IMG/VR virus record: IMGVR_UViG_3300037424_000364 | Coordinates: 1 to 27,755 of that record | DNA: 27,755 nt | Direction: 5' to 3' (one strand) | DNA from: a virus | Taxonomy: Duplodnaviria; Caudoviricetes | In this document: piece after piece, positions 1 through 8,131 of the stretch | How the letters are laid out: each line of letters starts with the position of its first letter | Numbering within the stretch: the first letter of the stretch is position 1 | Notes under the pieces: model-generated | Told to the model about the DNA's origin: nothing | The model's database searches: none | What the model saw: the letters and a program-made list of their open reading frames with translations, nothing else | Made by a program: the position numbers and the translations under genes

Positions 1-2
1 TT

Positions 3-2390
3 TTTGGTGATTACTTGATGGTCAAGAACATGCTGCGCGGCATGTATAAAGACACGCCTGAGCCGCGTAGGTTCGGATATAAGAGTATCGAGCAAATCGA
101 GCGTAGGGAGCGAGAGCTTGCCAGGCTGATAGAAGATACTCCGGCGGTGAAGGAAGCACTCCAGAAGCGCGGTAAGATGGTGCGAGAACTTGCAACTTCA
201 CTCGTTCGCGCCAAGCTTCTGCCTGAGTCTGCGCTAGACGATGTTGAGCATTACGTGCATCAGCAGGTGTTGATGTATGCGGAGGCGTACAGGCGCGGAA
301 TGGTCAAGCGCGGAAAGAAGTCCTTCCAGCGACATCGCGTACATGGAGAGGAGCTTGCCGAACTTCCTGAAGAATTTGATCCGAACACGTCGTATATCGA
401 GCCTGAAGTTACTTGGATGGCCGACGCATTCCTTGCTCTCAGGCAGAAGGAGCTTAACGAGGCGCTCATTGGCGAGTATGATAGGTCAGTTGAATTCGCA
501 AGAGAGGCTGAGACTAAAGGCGTCAGTGTTCGCGCAGTTGCTAAGGAACGCGGATACGACAAGTACGTCGTGACTCCTGCTATGCTCGGACATTCTCTTT
601 CATCGCTTCCTGCCCAGGTCGTGAATGGAATGCGAGAAGAGATCATGGATGATCTTGGACTCAACAAGGCAGAAAGGGATCTAGTAAATGAAGCTCTTGG
701 CGGAGGTAAGGTTACGTATCTGCCGAACGAAATAATCGAACAGCTTGAGGAAGATGGCAAGACGCTAAACGAAAGTTGGCTTACAAAACTGAACGAGCAG
801 TCCATTAACGTATGGAAGGCTTGGACGATTATGAACCCTCTCAATGTTGCTGGATACAATTTAAGAAATTATACTGGCGACCTAGATCCAGTATTCGCTG
901 CCGATCCAAAAATTCTTTTGGAGACAGCAAACGCATGGAGTGACCTACGTAAGCTTAATGACCCAGAAAGTGTATTGTCAGATGATATTCGCATGTCCAG
1001 GGACTATGGAGTAATAGGCTCTGGATGGGTCGGCACTGAGGTAAGCGACCTTACTGGAATACCATTCTTTAGGCGGTTCAATAAGAAGGGATTCAAACGT
1101 GGTCCTGTTGATGCCTATAAACGTATAGCTCGTGGAGGTACTGAGTTCAGAGAGAACTTGCTTCGCCATTCAGCTTTTCTGCGATACAAGAGGCTTATCG
1201 AGCGCGGAGAATTGAAATATTTCGGAGCGTCTAAGGCGAAGGCAGTTGAGGACATTAAGCGAGTATTCGGAATAGATGCCGCCGCAGCGCGAATGTCGCG
1301 CGACCTGTTTGGTGACTACGGCAACATGACTGTTATGGGTAATTACCTACGAGCCAAGCTTCTTCCGTTCTGGGCGTGGAATGAAATCAACATTAAGCGA
1401 TTTCCTCGATTGGTTGTGAACGCGCTACATGCTGGCGCAGGCTCAAGCGTTCGCCTCGGTGCAGTGAAGGCCGCCGTCGCTACGGTTCGCGTAGGTCAAT
1501 TGTATGGTATGCTGTGGGCTTGGAATAACTTACTCATCCCTGCAATCACTGGAGATGACGACGAGAAAGACTTGCCTCCATACGATCGTGCGAATCCACA
1601 TATTCTTCTGGGAAGAAATTCTGATGGGACGGTGAGGAACTTCCGGAATGTCGGCGCTGTTGGCGATCTTCTTGAATGGTTCGGAATCAACGAGGCACTT
1701 GCGGTTCTTCCGAAGCTTGAAGGTGGGCAGATTGACTGGAGTGATATCGGCAAGGAAATGCTGAAGGCACCATTAGAGAAGGTTATCGGCCTAATGCGCC
1801 CTGACATAAAGGCCGGCTTTGAGGTTGCAACTGGCACGTCGCTTTTCCCGAGTGCTTTACAGCCAAGGTCTGTCGCAAGGGACGAGGCGGTTGCTGGAGT
1901 AGTTGGATTGGTTGACGAGTACAAGGCCGTTAAGGGGCGAGTGCTGAATAGCGGAGACCGTGAGAGGTCCCATTACTTCCAGCGGTGGATGCTTGGCGTG
2001 GTCGATCCAAGGGCTACTGCGCTGAACGAGATGTACGATCTAAGGATGCGCTACCTGCAAAAGGAAGGAAAGATGGTTGGCGGAATCCATCCAATTTCCG
2101 AATACAAGCAGGCCAGGGAGGCGGCAATCAATGACGATCGCGAAGCGTTCAACGAATGGCGCGCGTCGTTCGTTCAGAGGCACGGCGGGTCGGTAAGCGT
2201 TGAGCGGTTCGGAAGCTACCTGAGGCGCGTTGACCCTATAGCCGGTGGCCTGAGCGAGCACGACGAACTTGTATTCGAGCGTGAGTTCCTGTCGAATGAG
2301 CAGCGCGAACAGTTGCGAGTTGCCCGCGAATACTCCGCAGAGCTACGCGACCGAATGCTTGCGTGGTGGATCGACGAAATGGAGAAGTAG
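3..2390 (+). CDS. C-terminal part of a very large phage protein, probably an internal virion/ejection (large polyvalent, LPD38-like) protein; 5'-truncated by the window edge
   Basis: Frame is open from base 3 (FGDYLMVKN...), >790 aa, helical. The 'FGDY..T....LR..LLPFWAW' segment resembles the C-terminal regions of large phage polyvalent/ejection proteins. It is the last large gene before the envelope module. Confidence 0.6.
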   Translation, partial: FGDYLMVKNMLRGMYKDTPEPRRFGYKSIEQIERRERELARLIEDTPAVKEALQKRGKMVRELATSLVRAKLLPESALDDVEHYVHQQVLMYAEAYRRGMVKRGKKSFQRHRVHGEELAELPEEFDPNTSYIEPEVTWMADAFLALRQKELNEALIGEYDRSVEFAREAETKGVSVRAVAKERGYDKYVVTPAMLGHSLSSLPAQVVNGMREEIMDDLGLNKAERDLVNEALGGGKVTYLPNEIIEQLEEDGKTLNESWLTKLNEQSINVWKAWTIMNPLNVAGYNLRNYTGDLDPVFAADPKILLETANAWSDLRKLNDPESVLSDDIRMSRDYGVIGSGWVGTEVSDLTGIPFFRRFNKKGFKRGPVDAYKRIARGGTEFRENLLRHSAFLRYKRLIERGELKYFGASKAKAVEDIKRVFGIDAAAARMSRDLFGDYGNMTVMGNYLRAKLLPFWAWNEINIKRFPRLVVNALHAGAGSSVRLGAVKAAVATVRVGQLYGMLWAWNNLLIPAITGDDDEKDLPPYDRANPHILLGRNSDGTVRNFRNVGAVGDLLEWFGINEALAVLPKLEGGQIDWSDIGKEMLKAPLEKVIGLMRPDIKAGFEVATGTSLFPSALQPRSVARDEAVAGVVGLVDEYKAVKGRVLNSGDRERSHYFQRWMLGVVDPRATALNEMYDLRMRYLQKEGKMVGGIHPISEYKQAREAAINDDREAFNEWRASFVQRHGGSVSVERFGSYLRRVDPIAGGLSEHDELVFEREFLSNEQREQLRVAREYSAELRDRMLAWWIDEMEK

Positions 2391-2397
2391 TAACTAC

Positions 2398-2416
2398 TGG
2401 TGGTGCAGCGCCACCA
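2398..2416 (+). terminator. Short hairpin after the large gene (possible terminator or processing stem)
   Basis: TGGTGGTG-CAG-CGCCACCA stem 7 nt after the stop codon; the U-tract is weak. Confidence 0.3.
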
Positions 2417-2449
2417 TGCCACTTTCTCTGTTACATACCTCAGCCAGGT

Positions 2450-2461
2450 TATAATTGTGGT
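2450..2461 (+). promoter_or_regulatory. Putative sigma70 -10 box driving a leaderless transcript
   Basis: Perfect TATAAT at 2450-2455, ATG at 2462, no Shine-Dalgarno; -35 not convincing. Confidence 0.45.
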
Positions 2462-3034
2462 ATGCAACAGATCAATCCAGGTGACGTGATCGGGTTCTCT
2501 GGCCGGGGGCTTGTAAGTTCGATCATTAAAGTGGGCACTCTCTCCAGCCCGTGGAGCGGCATTAGCCACGTTGGTGTCGTTGCACAGGCTCGTGGTCATG
2601 GTGACTTGGTTTTTGAATCAACGTCGCTGGACGATCTTCCATGCCGTGTGTCAGGTGTACGTGGATCTGGAGTACAGGCCCACGAGCTATGTGAGTTGAT
2701 CGACACCTATAACGGAGCGATGTACCATTATCCGTTGTACAGGGGGTTGTATCGGCACGAGAGTTCACGCCTTACGTCCTACCTGCTACAGGCCATTGGC
2801 AGGCAGTACGATAAAAAGGGTGCATTACATGCAGGCGGTATGCTGTATGCTACCGTATCTGCAATGAAGTGCGGGCAGGACCTTGCGGAGTTGTTTTGTA
2901 GTGAACTTGTTGCCGCTGCGCTTTCCAACATTGGCGTATTCGAGACAACGAATGCAAGTCGTTGGAACCCGACGCGGCTTATACGAGAGCTTCGTCGCCT
3001 CGATATTATTGGAAAACCAGTGAGGCTGAAATGA
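2462..3034 (+). CDS. Permuted papain-like amidase (YiiX/YaeF, C92; permuted NlpC/P60)
   Basis: Motif order PGDVIGF...SHVGVV...YD...FCSELVA...NP, with His before Cys as in permuted NlpC/P60. Start moved to ATG 2462 (MQQINPGD). Confidence 0.85.
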   Translation: MQQINPGDVIGFSGRGLVSSIIKVGTLSSPWSGISHVGVVAQARGHGDLVFESTSLDDLPCRVSGVRGSGVQAHELCELIDTYNGAMYHYPLYRGLYRHESSRLTSYLLQAIGRQYDKKGALHAGGMLYATVSAMKCGQDLAELFCSELVAAALSNIGVFETTNASRWNPTRLIRELRRLDIIGKPVRLK

Positions 3035-3597
3035 AGAGATTGCTGTGTATCGCTGTAGTTCTACTCGCCGGATGCGAGGCACCTGCGTTAGTTAAGCCGT
3101 TCGTTAGGCCGAAGGTTGTTGCCGAGCGTCCAACCGTTAATGTTCCATTGGCTGATCGTCAGAAAAACTGGCTTGGCCCAAGGCAGCGAGAGGGATCGTG
3201 TACGTGGGCGTCTGCCGTGTCGCTATTGCGGTGGCAGGGGCGGTATGCCAAGGCTGATTTCGTTCGTAAGAATTACGGAGACGGCGAGTGGCCCGACCAC
3301 TGGGCCGAGATGGCGGACAAGGCCGGCATCCGTTACGCAATGACAACGAACGGAGACGTGTCCTTCCTTGAGTGGGCGTGCCGCACTCGCCGTGGCTGTA
3401 ACATCACAATCATGGGCGGAGCCCATATGGTTACCCTTGTCCACTTCGACTCTAAGTGGGCAGCGATCCTCGATAACAATAGCGTCAGTAAGTTCAAATG
3501 GATTCCACGAGAGTCACTCGTGGCCGAGTGGCACGCTAGCCACGGATGGGCAGTCACACCTGTCTATGCTCCTATGCCGCCGCTTCCGCAGCGGTAG
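3031..3597 (+). CDS. Lipoprotein with papain-fold (C39-like) cysteine peptidase domain
   Basis: ATGA overlap with the upstream stop; signal peptide with lipobox LAGC; Q..GSC (Cys), HMVTLV (His), ILDNN (Asp/Asn) triad pattern. Confidence 0.75.
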   Translation: MKRLLCIAVVLLAGCEAPALVKPFVRPKVVAERPTVNVPLADRQKNWLGPRQREGSCTWASAVSLLRWQGRYAKADFVRKNYGDGEWPDHWAEMADKAGIRYAMTTNGDVSFLEWACRTRRGCNITIMGGAHMVTLVHFDSKWAAILDNNSVSKFKWIPRESLVAEWHASHGWAVTPVYAPMPPLPQR

Positions 3598-3619
3598 TTC
3601 CTTTTCTCTGGAGGTTTCA

Positions 3620-4282
3620 ATGAAGAGGTTTCTGTTGTGTGTGCTGGTCTGCGCGCTGGCGACTTCCGCCTTTGCTGTGGACGGCGTTATCGTGAAAGAA
3701 CGTATCGTCAACCTGCCGAACGATCAGGTGAAGTGGTATCTCAGCGTTGTCGGCGATCCCGCTGATAGCCAATACGCCACTGTGGTCAATTGGTTCAAAT
3801 CCGGCGACCTGAAGAAGCTGCGCAATCAAGTTCACTATCGCGAGATTGCAAAGGGTACTGCTGCCTACAACGAGCGCTATGCGAGGAACATTAAGGGCCT
3901 CCCCACCGTTCGATTGCAGGATCACGAAGGCGTCGTGATTTATGAGGCCGCCGGCACTAGCTTGCCAATGACTTCTGGTGGATTGTACGGTGCGCTAGCT
4001 GATGGAGTGATGGCCGCTCAGGGCATTACGTTTGGCGGCGGCTGTCCGTTCGGGCGGCCGTGCCCAAAGCCCAATCCGCAGCCTGATCCTGCCCCGGACC
4101 CTGTTCCTGACGAAGACCCGGAGCCGGAACCGATTGTTGATGGTGGCGCGCCGGTGGTCGAGCCGACTTCCGATACTGGTGTCAGTGGCCTGCTTCCGAT
4201 CATTGCGGCCGTGCTTAGCTTTCTTGGTGGGATCGTGGCTGGCGTTGCGGTCGAGTGGAAAAAGACGCACGCCGTAGAGTAG
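3620..4282 (+). CDS. Secreted, C-terminally membrane-anchored protein with a degenerate thioredoxin-like domain and Pro-rich linker
   Basis: SD GGAGG at 3610-3614; Sec signal ending AFA; 'IKGLPTVRLQD..G.VIY' resembles the thioredoxin cis-Pro loop but there is no CxxC; PKPNPQPDPAPDP linker; C-terminal TM helix. Confidence 0.6.
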   Translation: MKRFLLCVLVCALATSAFAVDGVIVKERIVNLPNDQVKWYLSVVGDPADSQYATVVNWFKSGDLKKLRNQVHYREIAKGTAAYNERYARNIKGLPTVRLQDHEGVVIYEAAGTSLPMTSGGLYGALADGVMAAQGITFGGGCPFGRPCPKPNPQPDPAPDPVPDEDPEPEPIVDGGAPVVEPTSDTGVSGLLPIIAAVLSFLGGIVAGVAVEWKKTHAVE

Positions 4283-4333
4283 TTTACTGCTTCGTTAAAC
4301 TGTACGAACAATTCTTTTCTCGTGAGGTGTACC

Positions 4334-4744
4334 GTGACTCTGCTTAATGTTCTTGCTCTCGTCGTGTTGCTGGCCGTTGTCGGGTTCGTCGTTGGCAAGT
4401 GGCTGTTTCAAAAGGACGAGTCGATTGAAGATCGACGGCGCGTCATGCTGAAGCTTGCCAATGTTCTTTCCGGTCTCGGCTTGGTGAAGATTCCCGAGTT
4501 CCTGATCGACTACGGGGTTGGCGACTACAGCGGAATGCTCCAGAAAGGCAAGGCTGTCATTGACACGTTTGCCAGTGGTGAGGAGGCCGTGCTGAAGGAG
4601 TTCTCTAAGATTTTTGAGAACGTGCTCACTGCGCAACTGAAGACTGATGCCGGCAGAGCGCTCATTGCCGCAAAGCTTACTGATGCTGTCAAGTCCACTG
4701 ACCCGAGCGTCGTCAAGGATGCACCGGCCGCCGGCGTCATCTAG
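4334..4744 (+). CDS. N-terminally anchored membrane protein (possible holin/spanin-type lysis accessory)
   Basis: GTG start after GAGGT; hydrophobic LLNVLALVVLLAVVGFVVG followed by a helical soluble region. Confidence 0.6.
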   Translation: MTLLNVLALVVLLAVVGFVVGKWLFQKDESIEDRRRVMLKLANVLSGLGLVKIPEFLIDYGVGDYSGMLQKGKAVIDTFASGEEAVLKEFSKIFENVLTAQLKTDAGRALIAAKLTDAVKSTDPSVVKDAPAAGVI

Positions 4745-4758
4745 CAAAAGCAGGTGCC

Positions 4759-5082
4759 ATGAAGAACCTCCTGCTTTGCATGGTTGTAACGGTTTCCTGC
4801 GCCGGCTGTGGAAATATGACCACACAGCCGGCCGGTGTGCGTACTATCCTTGCGTTCTCCGCTAGCTACTGTTCCGGGTGTGTTTCCGCCAAGAAAGAGA
4901 TCGCAAGGCTCATGTCGCTTGGTGCTCCGATTCGTGTTGTGGACTGCGCAAGCGAGGCAGGCAAGGCTGAAGCGGGTCGACACGGAATAACCGAGCTTCC
5001 TACGTTTATCCTTCTATTGGGTGGTGTAGAGTCTGCCAGGACTAACGACGTTTACACGGTCCGCAAGTGGTGTGGTGGGTAA
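4759..5082 (+). CDS. Thioredoxin-family lipoprotein (CxxC)
   Basis: Signal peptide with lipobox CAGC; FSASYCSGC active-site motif; ELPTFILL cis-Pro loop. Confidence 0.8.
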   Translation: MKNLLLCMVVTVSCAGCGNMTTQPAGVRTILAFSASYCSGCVSAKKEIARLMSLGAPIRVVDCASEAGKAEAGRHGITELPTFILLLGGVESARTNDVYTVRKWCGG

Positions 5083-5085
5083 GCC

Positions 5086-5400
5086 ATGAAGTTTGCCGTT
5101 TGCGGATACTTGATCGGAGCCGTCTCTCTACTGGCGGCAGGATTCCCTGCAATGCCACAGGCTGCGTCAGGAGGCTCGCTGGCGATCCTCGGCGGTACGG
5201 TGTGGTACTTGCTGGCTCGCGCCTTCCCAGCGCACTGTAGGGCCCAGCGAGAGGACAGGGCTGCCTACCTTGAGGCACAGGCAGCCGAGCGTAAGGCTTA
5301 CCTAGATGCGCAGTCGATGACTAGGAGGGAGTTCCGCAGGTCACTGCGCCAAATGGCTAAGTCAGTTGACGGCTTGACTAGAGCCATAGTCGAGAGGTAG
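5086..5400 (+). CDS. Small membrane protein with a coiled-coil tail (holin-like candidate)
   Basis: Two hydrophobic segments then a charged helical C-terminus; last gene before the terminator. Confidence 0.55.
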   Translation: MKFAVCGYLIGAVSLLAAGFPAMPQAASGGSLAILGGTVWYLLARAFPAHCRAQREDRAAYLEAQAAERKAYLDAQSMTRREFRRSLRQMAKSVDGLTRAIVER

Positions 5401-5415
5401 AATACTACAGGAACC

Positions 5416-5443
5416 AAAGCCGCCGACTGGCGGCTTTTTATTT
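5416..5443 (+). terminator. Rho-independent terminator, possibly bidirectional
   Basis: AAAGCCGCC-GACT-GGCGGCTTTTTATTT, 15 nt after the stop at 5400. Confidence 0.85.
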
Positions 5444-5689
5444 GGTTGTCGCGACAACCGCCAGGCGAATTGAGTGTTAAGATGGGTAAGGACTATACCT
5501 CGTTATGGTGCCCATGACATTTACGTAAGTAGTTTAGTTATAGGATGTTACGTAAACAGCAGTAAAACGTGCCGTGATCCTGCATGTACTACGACATCTA
5601 AAGTAAACAATCCGTAAGTCATTTCAACAGCGTGACTTACGGATTGTTATTTTGGCTGGCAGCAACACTAGACAACCGAAACGACAACC
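5444..5689. other. Putative attP site: arm-type repeats, two 25-bp dyads and a central core
   Basis: CGACAACC motif as a perfect palindrome (5444-5459) and as a direct pair (5671-5677, 5682-5689). TAA-N19-TTA dyads at 5526-5550 and 5615-5639, the second inside a 16-bp perfect IR (5606-5621/5633-5648). Central TGCATGTACTACGACATCTAA at 5581-5601. Located where the two gene blocks converge. Confidence 0.65.
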
Positions 5690-5791
5690 TTACTGGCCGA
5701 AACGTCAATAGATAAACCAGCATTTCTGTGGCAAGAAAGCTATGGTTACATAGCCGCTTCAACCAAAGAACCATGATAGGGGCTTGCCACA

Positions 5792-6022
5792 ATGATGCTC
5801 TACGTTTTTAGGAGGGGACATTGCAGGGAGGGCGAAGTTGCTGGAGAGAACCTACAGGCAGAAGAGGAGAGTTGGGATTGGCCGTGTGCGGACTCAAAGG
5901 ATGTCATCCTATGGGGACGTGGAACGGCTAACGAGCTATCCAGGAGGGCTGAGTACGCGCTTGCGTGCGCTGAAGGGATCCTCAGGTGGCTGAAGAACCA
6001 GAGGCAGAAGCGCACCGCATAA
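5792..6022 (+). CDS. Hypothetical protein (isolated plus-strand ORF next to attP)
   Basis: 76-aa ATG ORF filling an otherwise empty gap; AGGGG upstream; overlaps the 3' end of the convergent gene. Confidence 0.4.
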   Translation: MMLYVFRRGHCREGEVAGENLQAEEESWDWPCADSKDVILWGRGTANELSRRAEYALACAEGILRWLKNQRQKRTA

Positions 6023-6332
6023 CTCTAGGTGCTTTGGCTGGCTGAAATGCTCGCGGCTCCCACCTTCCCCTGACGTACACCATGGCAACCTTCTCTCCAC
6101 GCGAGGGCCTACGATTGCCTGCACCTGAGTGCTTATGCGGAACGTATCTCCATAGTGTTCCGTGTAGGTGGTACTGGTCGATATAGAATGTGCGATATCC
6201 GTATGGATAAGCATGAGGAATCATGCAGTTGGCAGAGTGGAGGCATCCGTGCAGCTCATCGCACGCCAGGTAGCCGTCCTTGTATCGCATTTCCCGTCCA
6301 CAGACCCGACACACCCAGTCTTCACTTGTCAT
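5982..6332 (-). CDS. Hypothetical protein with N-terminal Zn-ribbon-like CxxC
   Basis: ATGA coupling to the upstream gene; CRVC...C...HGC. Confidence 0.65.
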   Translation of the reverse strand: MTSEDWVCRVCGREMRYKDGYLACDELHGCLHSANCMIPHAYPYGYRTFYIDQYHLHGTLWRYVPHKHSGAGNRRPSRGEKVAMVYVRGRWEPRAFQPAKAPRVMRCASASGSSAT

Positions 6333-6658
6333 GGACGTAACTCATCTATTGCTGTGTTGATTGAGCAAATACACTCGTTTATCCTGAACACTTCCATCTT
6401 GCATTGAAGGTCATCTGGATTCAATTCATTGCCATGAAATGCAAGGTGCAGTGTAACTTCACTCAGTAGTGCAATCGAAGTAAAACTGCTTACTCGACCA
6501 TGTGTCAGGTCTTTTATTGCATATGAAATTGCATTGGCGTACCTAGCGTACTTATTTGCTAAAAGTAATTTCTCCTCACCTGGCATCATAAACGATAATA
6601 CGGCAAGACGCATGAAGTAGCGCTCAGCCATGCTCAGCCTGTCGATCGTTGTATTCAT
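6329..6658 (-). CDS. Hypothetical protein
   Basis: ATG 6658 overlaps the upstream stop (ATGA); visibly more AT-rich than its neighbours. Confidence 0.6.
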   Translation of the reverse strand: MNTTIDRLSMAERYFMRLAVLSFMMPGEEKLLLANKYARYANAISYAIKDLTHGRVSSFTSIALLSEVTLHLAFHGNELNPDDLQCKMEVFRINECICSINTAIDELRP

Positions 6659-6915
6659 TTTTCTCCTCGATAACCGAGCCTCCATAGTGCGCGGGCCATG
6701 TCCGTAGCTGTGCGCTCAACTGTCTCTTCAGCGAGGTCCCAGCACGATGCGTGAAGCATCTCGTGAATGAGTGCGTCTAGGCGATGCTCTGACCTAAGGG
6801 AACCGCGAATTGCGATCTCCTTACCCCTTCCGTCTGGAGGGCTACACGCACCTTCGACATATCGACTCTTCATAAGTCGAAATCTGTAGCGCTTTCCGTT
6901 AAATGTGAATGTCAT
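6655..6915 (-). CDS. Small HExxH zinc metallopeptidase-like protein
   Basis: 'G.C......I.I...L......DALIHEMLHA.....EE.V' minimal zincin pattern. Confidence 0.75.
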   Translation of the reverse strand: MTFTFNGKRYRFRLMKSRYVEGACSPPDGRGKEIAIRGSLRSEHRLDALIHEMLHASCWDLAEETVERTATDMARALWRLGYRGEK

Positions 6916-7526
6916 TGGATCTGCATCCCATGCTTGAATATGTCACTTACTAGGCAATCCTCTACCCATTCATATGCGTGGTCAGTGTAGCCGTGAAACA
7001 TATTCCATGGTCGCGGCATGACAATACCTACTCCGCCAAACAAACGCCACTGAGTAATATTCTCATCACTGTCGTCGATAAGCACGGCATGTTGAGATGC
7101 GCACACCCATTTTCTAGGACTCATTATATACTGACGCTGAATCCAGTGGGGCATCTCTGCATGAATCCATTCGAGCTTGCCGGCCAAGCAGTCCGGGTCT
7201 AGCGTTGGCGTTGACAGGATGAACACGTTCTCCCTACCGACAAGTTCAACGCACACATGTAGTAGTGTGTTCGCTTCCTGTGATCGTGGTGTAGTTGCCC
7301 ACACGTCGCGATCTATTGCACCCCAGAAGCTATCAACAGTGAAGCACTTCGTTTCGTGTAGGCCGTTTGCTGCTGCTACAATGTCCCTGCCCCACTTTGA
7401 CTTGAACTTATCGTATTCGTATGGTCCTACTGGGCATCCAACGCGCTGAAGTGCGTACATGGTAAACTGATTCAGCACGTCGTCGAGATCAAGGAATATT
7501 CGCGTTGGTTTAATAGCTGTCTTCAA
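6912..7526 (-). CDS. HAD-superfamily 5'(3')-deoxyribonucleotidase-like protein
   Basis: IFLDLDDVL motif I; ILST motif II; GKLEWI; LIDDS..N motif IV; PRPWN tail. Confidence 0.85.
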   Translation of the reverse strand: MKTAIKPTRIFLDLDDVLNQFTMYALQRVGCPVGPYEYDKFKSKWGRDIVAAANGLHETKCFTVDSFWGAIDRDVWATTPRSQEANTLLHVCVELVGRENVFILSTPTLDPDCLAGKLEWIHAEMPHWIQRQYIMSPRKWVCASQHAVLIDDSDENITQWRLFGGVGIVMPRPWNMFHGYTDHAYEWVEDCLVSDIFKHGMQIQ

Positions 7527-7893
7527 GTTGCTGAATCTCCCGCTTCTTCATGTTTTCGTGGATGTAACCCATGGCATTGAACATGACTCCACAGGCCGAT
7601 TCTATCATGTCAACCTCATGTCCGTCTCGCTCATCTATTACGACTCCGCCACGGTGAACCTTCCACATAGAGAAGAAGTGCCTCCAAAGCGACTTCATAA
7701 ACGACTCGATTGGGATTCCCTTCTGCCAGTTATCTGATGCACGAATCGTTCCGTCACTCTGTACACGATGCTTGTTCATGTACTCCGCGAATGCCTCAAT
7801 CGCGTAAGGCGACAATACCCCTTCAAAGTCGAGCTTGCCGGCATCAGTGTCACGGGTTGCACCGGTGTCAAACGTGCGAATCTTCGATGTCAT
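7510..7893 (-). CDS. dATP/dGTP diphosphohydrolase-domain protein (DUF5664-like)
   Basis: RTFDTGATRDTDAGKLDF...NWQKGIP....SLWRH...FNAMG pattern. Confidence 0.8.
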   Translation of the reverse strand: MTSKIRTFDTGATRDTDAGKLDFEGVLSPYAIEAFAEYMNKHRVQSDGTIRASDNWQKGIPIESFMKSLWRHFFSMWKVHRGGVVIDERDGHEVDMIESACGVMFNAMGYIHENMKKREIQQLEDSY

Positions 7894-7894
7894 C

Positions 7895-8131
7895 TCAGTA
7901 CCTTCTCCTAGCTACCTTTTTAACGTCTTCTGTAACACCAAACTCTGGGTCTACTGTATACGAGTGAGGATGTAGCGGAGGAAGTTTAGGCAGCTTGCTG
8001 TCTCTCACTGACATTATGTAGTTGAGAACTTCTTGCTCCGGCCTCTTGGTTATATGTGACGGGATAGCGTAGAATTCAAGTGCGTCAACCCACACCCCAT
8101 GTATTAGGAACTTACCCCTTTCGTAGAGCAT
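7895..8131 (-). CDS. Hypothetical protein
   Basis: 78-aa ORF tightly packed in the operon; AAAGGGG SD. Confidence 0.65.
   Translation of the reverse strand: MLYERGKFLIHGVWVDALEFYAIPSHITKRPEQEVLNYIMSVRDSKLPKLPPLHPHSYTVDPEFGVTEDVKKVARRRY

Noticed and set aside
2363-2461. Longer ORF-track starts (2363, also 2962 and 3368)
   Set aside because: They overlap upstream genes; downstream ATGs give proper domain starts, signal peptides, SD or ATGA coupling
5551-5610. tRNA fragment as att core; tRNA genes in general
   Set aside because: No T-arm (GGTTCGA.TCC) or cloverleaf recognised here or elsewhere in the window
7510-7893. Evidence of a 2-aminoadenine (Z) genome
   Set aside because: No purZ or dedicated polymerase in the window; this domain alone is widespread
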